A stretch of 60,033 bases of DNA, filler included, from Catajapyx aquilonaris (lineage: Eukaryota): assembly GCA_000934665.2 (NCBI GenBank). It is 2 parts of 2 records of this genome, joined end to end, with 100 filler letters (N's around TTAATTAATTAA, not from the genome) between each part and the next. Parts side by side here need not be neighbours in the genome. Positions count along the whole stretch, not along the records: positions 1 to 30,029 come from JYFJ02004718.1; 1 more part is not named here. One strand, given 5' to 3'. Positions 1-12,300 of the stretch are shown piece after piece. The notes beneath the pieces were generated by a model, which was not told where the DNA came from, did no database searches, and saw nothing but the letters and a program-made list of their open reading frames with translations. Each line of letters opens with the position of its first letter. Position 1 is the first letter of the stretch. The position numbers were made by a program, and so were the translations under genes.

Positions 1-500
1 AGATCAACATTCCCGCGAGTCCGACCACCTTGACGAATTTACAATGCCGCATTTCAGTTTTTTGTCTCCCCTGTAAAATTTTGTCTCATTGACTTATGCC
101 CTTTCCATTCTGGGTCATTCATATGTGATGTCAGTATTGAGAAGGCTTTGAGAAAAGGCTAACTTTCAAGACACGTGTGCACTTCTTCCGATAATGTACC
201 CTGGGAACTTCAGCTAAAGCCATGTCAATGAGATGTCTGTATAAATGCATGCTTGCCATCACAGGAATGCAAAGAATACACTTTCCCACTACTATTTCCA
301 GTTTTGATGAAATTCGGGGTTGGTGATGGAAACAGTGTAGTAGTTGGATGATTACTGTCTGTGACGGCATATAAGATGCAGGGCAATATTTTGAGCAACT
401 TTTTAGGGGGGAAACGAGTGTCTTATATGCCATCGAATACAGTAATTGCTTTCCGTAGATAAAGGAGCAAAGAGTTGTACATTATGTGTATGTCTTTCAG

Positions 501-840
501 CATCTAAGAAGTCATCTGAACCTAAAATGGATATCTTCAGTACTGCCTTGGCATCTGCAGATATCCATCTTGACCCATACCAGTACACAGAGAACAATGC
601 GGCAGGTAATAGTTGCAACTTCCATTTTTTTTACTTTTTAAGAATGAATAACCTCTGTATTTTTCAGATGCAAAAGAAGACGATGGAGAGGCAATTGAAG
701 TAGAAACCGTAACACTAACCACAACAGAGGTATGTTCATGTGAACAGGTTCTTTTAAAGTGACTGATGGTAATTTTTGCTTCTCAGGTGATGGATGAGGA
801 AGAATCTTCAGCAGTGGAGTCAACTGCAGAATCAACCTGA
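501..840 (+). CDS. 3' end (last three coding exons) of an unidentified protein with an acidic C-terminal tail; upstream exons not identified
   Basis: Exons 501-605, 668-729 and 787-840 are joined by short GT-AG introns (62 and 57 nt) with consistent phases (1,0). They read xSKKSSEPKMDIFSTALASADIHLDPYQYTENNAA-DAKEDDGEAIEVETVTLTTTE-VMDEEESSAVESTAEST*. Candidate polyA signals: ATTAAA 941, AATAAA 1386 and 1636. Confidence 0.75.
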
Positions 841-2103
841 TTTTAACTTTTGTTATTAGAGATTTATAATTATTACAAATAGCATCGTCTGACCAGAAGA
901 CAAGCAACAAATCATGTGCTAATTTTATTTACCGGCGATTATTAAAATATTATTTACCTGAGGTGTAGATTGCTTCCAGCGAGGATGCAATGTAGTAATG
1001 ACTACTTCAACTAAAGTTTGCAATAACTTGTAGGGAAGGGGGGGGACTGTCAAAATAAGGACGCAATGAAACAACATTGGCAGGTTTATTAGATTGCACA
1101 GTAACATCTTGTCCTTGATTGTAAAGGTGACATTGCATTTTTTGTGCAGAGAAGTAGTAACTGATACATCACAATCTTGCTTGAGTTTACAATGAAACCA
1201 ATTGAAATGCTCTGTAACATCCAAAATACGCTGTAGAATTTTTGCGGTGCATGTTGTGAATTTGGAGAAAGAACAAAGTATGTGTTTAAATTTACATAAG
1301 AATTTACAGCTTAACTGTCAGAGGAAGAACGAGGGGCATGACATCTGACCCAATGTGTTTAAAACAAAATGTCACTGACACTAAAAATAAAAGTCCCTGA
1401 TAATTTCCAGTACAATTTCCAGGTAATTTTCAGCAATTCCCCCTCCAACTCTTTTTACAGACTGTACAACGGGGTAAAATGTACACACATAACTTATAAG
1501 AAAAATAACAATGATCATAGTGCTATACATAGAGAACTATTGTGTTCACATGAACTGCGGCAAATACAGAAGATGAGGACCGAAAGGCCTGTCATAAATA
1601 CGTGCAAGTTTTTCAAAAAAATGCTTCGAATCCATAATAAATAGGGTAAACTTGATGCTCTTCATGGTATTGCTTTTTCATTGAGACAGTTTGTATAGCA
1701 TCAAAAAACACCGACACACATCTTTCCTAACACCCTATCCATTTTACCTACATCTAAACTCTTCTCGAGACAACAAACTGGCAGTGAGAATGTAAAAGTG
1801 TAGGGCGCAAGTAAAATTTCCTTCTACATTAAAAATGTTTAAATCTTGTTAAAAGGACCATTTGCATCTTTGGCACTCCTCATATTTTGCACAAAAAAAG
1901 TGGTCTGAGGGCTGAGGTCAGCATGTTCTCCTGGAGTTGGGAAGACACGAGTTCAGTCTTCAGGTGTGATGTGTACAGGTTATTTGTTTTGTGCTCCGCT
2001 TGCCCAAAAATGTTGCCATCTTTCCACCCGGCAGGGGACCCCTTCATTATCCACAACATGGCTTACCTCAGACACCAGTCTTTTTTTTCTTTTTTCTTTT
2101 TTT

Positions 2104-2229
2104 TCAAACTGTACTTTGCTGCGTCAGTGTGCTCTTTCCTTGGTAAAAATGCAGCAGTCCGGAAACAGTTATTGAAACCCGGACCAGACTTTTACCTTCC
2201 AGTATGTCTGCTGGAGAACAGAGAAGAAT
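2104..2229 (-). CDS. LRCH: Alternative last coding exon of LRCH (no transmembrane helix, ends -QSTV; isoform about 879 aa)
   Basis: Acceptor tttgcttcactttcag| in phase 0 matches the donor at 4361. It encodes ILLCSPADILEGKSLVRVSITVSGLLHFYQGKSTLTQQSTV*, which aligns with the 3548-3303 exon (EYLCESEDIVEGLRAGPVLLTVLRLV) and completes the last CH-domain helix. It is absent from the ORF track because it is short. Confidence 0.8.
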   Translation of the reverse strand: MLLCSPADILEGKSLVRVSITVSGLLHFYQGKSTLTQQSTV

Positions 2230-3302
2230 CTGAAAGTGAAGCAAAACTATTAGTCACTGGAACGTTCGCATACAGTTATTGGCATCATGTTCTTACTTAC
2301 CATTCCTTTTACAATTACAAAGTAAAACTACATATCCACTAGCAAAATTATGCTGTGGGAAAAAGAAAGTAAAAGTACATATAAATTACACTTGTGTTCT
2401 TCCAACATTTATTTGCACGCCTCGTTAAAAAAGTTCGAAGTCAGTAAAAAAAACTTCACATCAACATAATCTAAATGGCATTGTGTCAAACTAAAATGAC
2501 AAATAATACTGAGGTTAATACTTGGTTCAGCTAATGTGTAAAAACTACCATGGCAGTCGGCAACAAGTTACTGCAACTGTTACAAAGTATAAAGTACAGA
2601 ACACATAAAAACTGGCGCCTCCTTCATGCTGGTTCTCCAGTCCTCCAGTCTCAAACAAGCCTACACATGTACACACATTAGTTATCTCTGCCAACTAAGG
2701 CACATGAACTAAGGGAACTTGATTCCACAAAACGAGTCTCTTTACTCGTCTCAGTACTCGTATACAACTCACATCCACTTTATTTTGGCAACAAGACTAG
2801 TTATGGTCATTAATTCCCTCCAAACTGACTTTGGACACGTCCTTTCCACAATGTAAGGAATGCTTCTGCATTATGTTCTTTCCCTTTGTCTGCAAATGTT
2901 GGCTCCTCTCACTCTCCCAACTTATAGTAGTAATAACACAAGCGATTATGCCAGGAAAGTAATCGCAAAGCTGCCAATGTCTTACGCTAACATATGAGTT
3001 ACTTAAAAATCACATTTTACAGCTACACATTGTAAGCATGTAAGAGTCTGCCTGATATAATTGTCCTTACTTTCCATCACAGATAACAGTTTCAATAGGC
3101 ACCAACATATATCAATCATATAAACAGAGATGTAAAATAGGGACAACTCTCTTCAGGCAACTATACTTAACAATAGAATCTGAACACTACTGACTAGTAG
3201 GGATGGTCGCTCACTTGAACTGACCAGTAATCGTAAGTTTTGACTGAATTATAACGTCTTTTTTCTTTTTCATTTCCATCAATGGAGTGGAAGGCAACTG
3301 TC

Positions 3303-6300
3303 TTAGTCCCCATCAGGCGTGGGAAGAACATAGAGAAGCACACAAGTCCCAACAAAGAAAGCGAGGCACAAGAGTGACATGAGACAGTCTTTGTTTCTAT
3401 TCCTGTTGGCCAGTGGCAGGCCTGGGGAAGCGAATCCGTTTCCGTTTGCGTTCCCTACATCGGCGAATGAAACGAGTCGGAGGACGGTGAGCAACACTGG
3501 CCCTGCCCTCAATCCCTCTACTATATCCTCACTCTCACACAGGTATTCCTGCAACAAGAAATTTTTTTTTTGCAGGCTAGTCAACAACCCAATGGGCTCT
3601 AATCCCCCCTCCAGTGACTCCCCAAACCCCATCCCAAAAGACACTACTCAAGTCTAATCAAGGGGCACTTGGACTTGGGTACATGTACAACTGACAATCC
3701 TTTCACGCCGGAAAAGTGAACGTTGCTGCACTTTTGGGCGTGAAAGGAGCAGGGTTTGGGGGTGAGAACATAGAGAAAATAGTACAGTCCAAGTCACACG
3801 CTGGTATATAAGAAAAGGCCACAAACGAAAGCAGGCATGCATGCCACTAAAATACAAACCGCTTTCCTCCACTGCCCATTCTAATCAATTTGTGAATTGG
3901 TTGAATTTTTTGGGGGCACTTCTTTCATGATTAGAAATTTGAAAACACAAGTGTGACCTCACTTCTTTGACGGGACTTGTTTTTTTTTGAGGGGTCCAAA
4001 TCATTTTGCTTCCTTAAAATCCAATTGGAAGAACACAAGTCCTTCTTATACCAACTCATGCATATCTAAACTCAAAAAAATAAGGTTAAAAAGCACTGCA
4101 ACATAAAACCAACCTCATGCAACACACAGAAGATAACCTGACAGAAGCGCCCTTGCAGATAATGATTAAGCCACTGCAAAGGCACTTGTTACATGTTCTA
4201 CATGAAATAGAGAAGGCAGATCCACTTATGGAACTGAAATTTCACCATGTAACGTAGAGATTTCCGGGGACTAACACACTCGAAAGAAAACACAAAACAC
4301 TGGCCACAACAAGAATTCGTTATTATTATTATTATGCTGTATCAACAAAAGTTAACTGACCTCTTCAACGCCGATTCTTCTGCATGCATCCAAAAAGTTT
4401 TCCACATTCCTCCTGCATTTAGCCATGGTCAGTTTTGGCTAAGGCACAAAAACATGTCAATATGAGTTTATTTCTTGTGATAAGCTGCATCTAGGGAGGT
4501 GGAAAAGGGGCTTACCACAGCAGGTGAGGGTACGTGGATGCTGGCAACTGATCTTGGTCGGACATGGTTTGCAAGGTGGCACAACACCACCCCATCCATG
4601 AGGGCAGCAGCCAGGTCGTTGGGTAAACTCACTTTCAGTCTGAACTCGATGTTCTTAGTGAGAAACAATTTCAACATTGAAAAATTGTTTCATTAGCAAA
4701 AGACAAACAAGTGGTGGGTTTTTCATCCTTTCGCTAGAGTTACGGACACCTACCAACAACTAGTAACAACAGCAACCATCAAGGTTACTCATTAGGACAG
4801 TAGATGCATCCTACTCGTAGCAACTTAGTGAATGGACAAAAAACTCATCCAAGAGATTTAGAGTGAAACCTGTCAATAGCAATGCTTACTTCAAAAAATA
4901 TATTTCAGAATAAATTAGTTTCCATTTATGTTATAGAAACAGTGAAAGTTTCAAACCAAAGTTCTATAGGCCTAATGGGAAAGTTTTCATGTAGAGAGAT
5001 GTGTACAGATTTCACTCCACTGTTAAATATCCGACATACTTGTCTGAGCAATTCTATCTGTTCCGCTTCTTCCCTTGCCCGCTCAAATTCCCTTCTCATC
5101 GTGAAGTTGGGATTCATTGAGGTCAAGTCAAGGCCACTTCGTTCTGGTGTTAATGAAAAGGGCGACCTCTGACGACCAAGTGTGGCCGAAACAAATGGTG
5201 CTGGTGAATGCCCTTCCCCACTAGAATTTAGTTGGGGTCTGGGCGAGTAGCTGGGGCTAGAGCATGATGGAAGTGATAAGCTGGGGCTAGGACTAGGGGC
5301 TGGGCTGGGACTAGGGTTTGGTACAGGGCTAGGGCTAGGGCTTGGAAATGACTTGTTGTGGGTAAGAGGAGGATGGGAATTTCCATTGGGGAGGCCTTGG
5401 TGTGGGGGAGAAGGTTGTGGGAAGTCTCCATTCATAATGACAGGGGAGTGACTGCTTGGAGGTGGGGTCTCAGGGGAATCTTCCTTTGAGCTGGTCCGCG
5501 ACTGTAAGAGAAAAGTCAGTCCTCTTATTTGAGAGATTTTCCAGTATCACTCGTGTTACAAGCTCAAATCATCAAAAAACGAAAGCAAAGCAAGAGTCTC
5601 CCCAATTGTACATGTGGTCCGTCAACTCTGCTTCAAATAATCATTAGAGATAGTAAATTCAGTAATTATCACAAACACTTCTCATGAAATTAATTCATAG
5701 CCAAATTACGCTACTTCTCAATTGACTTTCTACATTCCTGCAAATCACTAAAAAGGATTCTGCGCACAACTCTCCATGAACAAAACTCACTTTCACATAA
5801 GAAAGAACAGCTTCCTTCTGCACGTTTTTCATTTCCAGTCTTTTTCTTTCCTCTTCCAGCCATCTCTGCAAGAGGTGAGCCTCCTTTCGATGCTGTTGCA
5901 CCATAGCCTTGTGCTTTGCCCTAAACTCCTCTTCCTGCAATGAATACTGGTCACCAGAAAGACCCCCAGAAAGGGTGTTAATTCCAAACTACTGCACCAG
6001 ACACATCAATTCAAATACAATTCTACATTGGGCACATGATGCTCACCGGATTGAAGGTGTTGTTAGTAGCGCTGGGAGGTGACGGGCGGGGATATTGACT
6101 CACATCACCCTTGCCCATTCCAGGAGGTGGGTCTTGTGGAGGTGGTGTGCTGTCTCCAACTGACCTCGAACGATAAGCACTCCCATTCTCCAGAGCTCGT
6201 TGTTGTCTAAGAGCTTCCTTGTATTCCCTGCATAGCAAATAACAAAGTTTTCCACTGTTATTCAGTTGCTCTAACAATTTTCCATCACGTCTTATTCCTG

Positions 6301-9300
6301 TTCCTTGTCAAAATCAGCGAACTGTTTCTCATTACTTTTTTTTTGTGCTTTCCACAACCAGCTCCATTCAACAGCAACATCAGTGCAATCCACTCAAAAA
6401 CATATCTGTATGGTACAAGTCAATAATTGCTCATTTAAAGCAGGATTGAATGTTTTTGAGTAAACTGCAGTGACTTGTGACATCAAACATGTAAGCATGC
6501 AGACAAATGTGACAGTAACAGAACTGTGCTCAGCCTCGGACAGCCGCTTGGATATGATGAAGTTGCTTCTCTCTCAGCCACAAAATAATAATCATTTTGA
6601 AAGCTCTGAAAGCAGAGTGACTCTGACTACACACCTATAAGTTTGAATATGTGCATTTTGTTTCTTGTCTTCTGGGTGGGGTGTAAGGTTTGAAACCAAG
6701 TCAGGGGGTTGGGACATTCCAGCACCATTGGTAAGTACATTGTTTGGTCCCCTTGGGTTGTACCTGAGGCTGAAATAAAAAAGAGAACACACCAAACCAT
6801 GCATAGTAAGCCAGGCTCTAGATAATAAGCTCGCCTTCTGAAGGCAGCAGAATCCAATTTTTGATATTAACATTCCTATTGTCTATGTACCAAGAGTACC
6901 CGTCTAATTTTGATTAGTGAATAGTCATAATATCCTGACAAAGTATAATGGTACTGGCAAAGTATATTTCAAAGTGATGGTGCTATTTTCAACAAGCAAA
7001 TTTTGCCTGAAACAGCAAATTAAGTTTTAAATGCGGGTGAAAAAGTCACATGGAAATTTTACATCAATCGTGCAATCAACATTGAAACAGATGTGACATT
7101 AGTTCATTCCAATTGAAAAACATGTGTAGTAAACATGTATATTATTCTGCAACTCAATCTGCATGCATTGCGGTAGAAAATAAAAAATAAACATTGATAC
7201 AAAAATTGACTGGATCAGGATGGCAAAAAAAACGGCACTTACCTTGCATCTCCAACCTTCATCCCTGTGTCCCTGAGGTGAGCAATTACTTTCTGAGCTG
7301 GCTGCTCATCCAGAGATAGCCTATCCTTGGCCATAGCCTGTAGAAAAACATCAGGGTAAAGGCCATCTTTATTACTTATGTCCACTATTGCAGCATCGTC
7401 TACCTTGGATAATTCATCTTCCAAATTAACACTATTCCCTGGACTGAGTGTGCTGGGAGTGGAAGATCCACTGCAGGTGCCGTTATGGGCATCACTGCTG
7501 ACACTAGTTCTGTGGCTGACAGGAAAGGGTTCCTCCGGTATGTAACACTTTGGACTAGCGAAACGCCTCTGCTCCCTGTGGAGTTCGGCAGCTCTCAGGG
7601 CCAGACGATGAGCTTCCTCTGGATCAGTGATCTGAAATTCAGTATTTCACGTATGAATAGTGGGAACATCTGATAATGACACCCTCATAAAATTACATAC
7701 ATCTCTAAGCTCCTGAGACCATCTTTTGTCACTTCCATCACTTGTACTATAACCGCTGTCAACTGTGTTTCGTTTCCGGTGGGGTTCGGTGGTGATACCA
7801 TTTGAATACCTGCAATTTAAAAAGTTGTCCTTAGGCAAAGAACATGCACACTTAATAAAAGTCATACCTGAGATCTGATGCAGCTTTCCTGTATGATCGT
7901 CTAAATTCGTCATTAAGAACAGCTCTCTTTCTGTCCTCTTGTATGGCCTGCATTTCTAGATACTTGAACACATGGACTCTCCCTCTAGTGCACAACTGCA
8001 ACGGGACATGTGTAATGAGATAACAAAACATTGCATACAATAATTAACTCCATAGCATTAAGATGTACTCACATGTGATGGAGGTGTTGCTAGTGGGTTG
8101 TTTTTTAAATTCAGTTCTACTAAAGTTGTCACATGCCTCAAATCAACCGGGAGACCAGTAATGCGATTCCCACTAATATCCAATTTCACTAAATGTAGGT
8201 TAGCCATCTCTGAAAACAAGAAGCACATTTGTATGCATGAAAAAGAAGTTTCCATCTTATTACAGCAGCTCCTGGATCTCAAGCCAAAACATATGATGAA
8301 GAAAACTGTGCTCTTCATCTTCCGCCAATTATATTACACATCCAGTATGCAGTTAATCATGGTTTAGGCCCCTTGGGATGACACTAATAATCAATCTTCC
8401 CCCTGACATGCAAATTAATGGCAACGACCCCAGGATATAAATGTAAACAAGGGTGGATCCCTAGTAGCCCTGCAGGTGTTCCTCATTCTAATTCCATTAC
8501 GCCTGCTGACATGTACGGGGCATGTTGTACTCCTTTTGAAGTCATAATCTGCTTGCAAAATTAGCCTCAGGTATGACATGAATGTTTCAGAGCTCAATTT
8601 AATTTGTGTTAATGTTACTTAGCATTTTGTTTTTCTTTTATTAGCACTGGGACTACTAAAATACTGTGTATCAACAGACGGCACCAAATGCAACAACCTT
8701 CCTGAACATGGTATTTATGTATTAGGTATAGGCTACTGCTTAATTTTATACTAGTATGTCAATACAATATTCACAACTACTAAATAATTGTACCTTTTAA
8801 ATATTCTTGCCTATAGAGTTCATAGCTCTGGATGCAGACTGGACTAGAGCTAATGTTGCATTAGTGTGGAATTGGTTTTAGATATGCACCGGGGAGTAAT
8901 TCCTTGATAGCATTTCATCCCAACTGCTTAAATTATAGTCCCAATGCATGTAGCCCAACCCGTCACATGAAATAAAATGTCAAATAGTGTATGATTTTCA
9001 GCCATTCATTTGCTTCCATGAAAATTTGATCAAAATGCGCATGGGCTTGTTCCGAACCGATGATTACCTATGTTGATACATAATTCCACAACCATCCGTG
9101 ATGTTGGGAGAAATAAATTAAATGCAAATATTGTATATGCCAAATAATCCCTCCATGCGTGGGGTAGCACTGCAATATCGAGCCAAGAGACATGTTCAAC
9201 AAAGGTGAAAGCTATTGATTTTCTACCCAGCATATAGGTAACAGTGGTGATATGCCCCTCTCTCATATTGGCTGCCATTACTGACGAAGATACACCACTC

Positions 9301-12300
9301 GTTATAAAAGCAAAATATTTCGTACATTACAATATCCTTTAATCCCCCTCCAATATCGGCTACCCCCCCCCCCCCCCCGCGCAATATTGACTCATTACAC
9401 AATGTTTACTATCACACAAAAAATATGCTGACCCAGTAACATTCCGCATGCCCCCAATGCTTTTAACCCGATACCCCCGAAACATTCCGGTGTCCCCTAT
9501 CACAACATCGTAAAAGTACACCATGCAGCAGCACGCTGCTGTACAATTACATCGCGATGTGCTGCCCTCTGTTCCCAGCACGATCGGAGTATCAGTTTTC
9601 CTTCGCTGACTCGATGAGTAATACCGCAATTTCGCAAAATCCTAAGAAAGCAGATCTGCGCAACCTCTCCTGGCAATACAGCATGACGACCCTACCACAC
9701 GGAGTGTAACAAAAAAACCTCAAACTTTCCCAACACCACCATACAAAGGTTGCTTTGTACATGTGTGGTCCTCCAGATATTTTCCTAACTCACTGCACCC
9801 ATGTTTCCATCACTCTCCTTGTACTGTACCTATAGTACTATAATAATCTGATCTGGATGCTGCACCCCAGATAGTATCAAGCGACAAAAACCTTCCGGAA
9901 AACACCTATAAAAATAATATTAGCCCCCAATCGATCCTAGTCAACGACCTCGCCCCCAACCACAAGACCCACTAAAGATTAAGATTGCCCCTCAGAAAAA
10001 GAGGATGAGTTCCCAGCACGAAACTAAATGTGTCGTATGGGGAAGAGGAAGAATCATTAACCTCCCTCTTGGTGTCCATATCCTTACTTCACCCCCCCCC
10101 CCCCCNCGGAAGAGCCGCCATCTATTCCTTCCACTCTCCCTTTTTCCCCCTGGCCTCTCTCTCTCATGTAAGCAAAAGGGAGAGTAGGGGGAAGGCTCCC
10201 CAAAATCAATATGGGCCCCTGAGTATATTCCTCATGTGTGCCTGACCTTCCACAATGTTACACACCACAGCTGCCACTGTACCACTGTTGAAACTCTGTA
10301 AATGAACTGGGTCAACGTCCATGACCCCTATTTGCGGAAGTTGCCACTGCGGCCAATCATAAGGCATAACAATGGCATCACTTCCTGTCTGAAAATGTAA
10401 CAATATATGTCCTATTTGCATCAGCATGTATTCATATATAAAAGGCCAGACTGAGAGCAGGCCCTTGATCCCAGAATGACTCATATGTTATCTCAAAGCC
10501 AGATTTTTACAGCCTTTTGCTGGACCAAACATGACAGCCAATTGATGCAAATGACGTCAAGCGCACCCAATTTCCTGTGTGTGCCACATCACCCATGACA
10601 TGTGGCTCTATAACATGCTAATCCACCCAGGGGCCAATTCACACCAAGTTTTTTGCTGATATTCCCATGCTACAGGTTCCTATAAGATGTGCGTTTTGAG
10701 AAGATCGTCCTTGACAGGTAGTGCCCAAAAGTGGGCCAATCAACCTGACCGGAAGAAGGTGGGGCATGGGAAGATCAGAGAGCCCCCCTCCCCCCCCCCC
10801 CTTCTATGCTGTTATAACTATGTGAAGAAAATGTGGTATTTACCTGGAGGCAACTCCACCAACAAGTTCCTCCGGAGGTTGAGCGACCTCAGGTTCTCCA
10901 AGTGACCGATTTGCGAAGGAAGGTGTGCGATTTCGTTGCAACTCACGTCCAACTCCATCATCCGTGTCATCTTGTCGATCTCTTCCGGCAAACTCACCAG
11001 TTTGTTGTTGCTCACTATGAGCACTTGGAGAGGCAGTTGGCAAAGGGAAATAGGAAGCACATTCAGCTGGTTCCGGCTGAAAAAAAATGGCCAAATTTTG
11101 TTTTTTTTTTAAATCAATTTTGGTATTTTTCATCCTTGCATGATGCAACCCAAATTACAAGGTGATATTTTTTGGTGTCAAAAGTACCTGAGATCCAGAT
11201 GGGTTAGCGAATGAAGGAAAATCACAGTCTCTGGTATGGACCGAATCGTGTTGTGGTACAGATCCAGTCGCTCCAGCGAAGGATAGTCGGTAACTTCTAA
11301 CGGAAGTTCAGTAAAACGGTTCTTGGATAAATCTGTAAAGTAAAGTACAATATTGGAAAGCGATTCGTTTCATGCCCCTAAATTGGGCATCAGAAATGTC
11401 AAGGTCCAACGAATTTACCAAGTGGCGCCACACCACTAGCTGCCATTGACCTCTTTACCGTCACGCCAATTGACCAGAATTGACTCATTGGCAGACCTGC
11501 GCAATTTGGCCCCATCCCAACACCCACAAAACCCCCTGAAGAACCCATCTATTCAAACCTGAACAAAAGGTATCCCCCTAGTATTTTGGCCCTATCCAAC
11601 CATTCCTCTCCAGCCACAATTACAGGCTTTTCCCCCAAGAAAAGCACTCCCCATTCAAGTGCAGCACTAAATCATGATAATGTGTCGAAAGCTACAATAA
11701 ATTCAGCTCTGCTCCGTTAACAATTGCCTCGTTTGTCTTCCGGTAAAACAGGGTGCTTCATAAGTTCGTGTACACTAAAAATTGCGAAACCCCCTCACGT
11801 GTACCTGTGCAAGCGGTATCTATGATGACCGTCCAGAATTATTATTGCAGCTGACAAGTCTGCATTCCAGCCGAAATATTAATATGTTCCTCACGCTGCC
11901 TTGCAACAAAAAAAACACCATGTTTGTGCTTCCTCCACTTGAAGCCCGACCATAGAAGCATCGTTGTTTGTTTCCAACACTTGACCTCTTTTGCGGCAAT
12001 GCCCAGTTGGCATCGCTGCGTGATATGGTGATTCACCCAGGACCGCTCCTGCCCCCCCAAAGGAATACCCCTGGGTAGAAAATCTAGCCCAAAACTATCG
12101 AAGCAGACAGCAAGTGATTCACTGCAGGTACCATAGATGGAAACTCGCCCTAGACCACAGCAAAACCTGAAGTAATTGCCCCTTTCAATGTGGCAAGACG
12201 CCCACTTGGATCGGGCTTTCTGGCCAATGTTCGATAGAATGATCTACGATTTTTTTTTTTGTGTGTCTAAATTACTACGATGAATTGAAAGAAACCCTAC

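Noticed and set aside
3654..3872. ORF as a third LRCH terminal exon
   Set aside because: No similarity to the CH-domain-closing helix found in the two accepted terminal exons.
7632..7669. Upstream AG acceptor for LRCH exon 7 at 7670
   Set aside because: It gives a 31-nt intron and a premature TGA. The acceptor at 7632 restores the open frame.
10247..10388. Possible extra LRCH exon (good acceptor ttttcag at 10389, GT donor at 10246) within ORF 10206-10484
   Set aside because: The flanking intron is phase 1, and in that phase the segment hits TGA after three codons. Its length (142 nt) is not a multiple of 3 and it has no LRR character. At most it is a poison exon, which the sequence alone cannot support.
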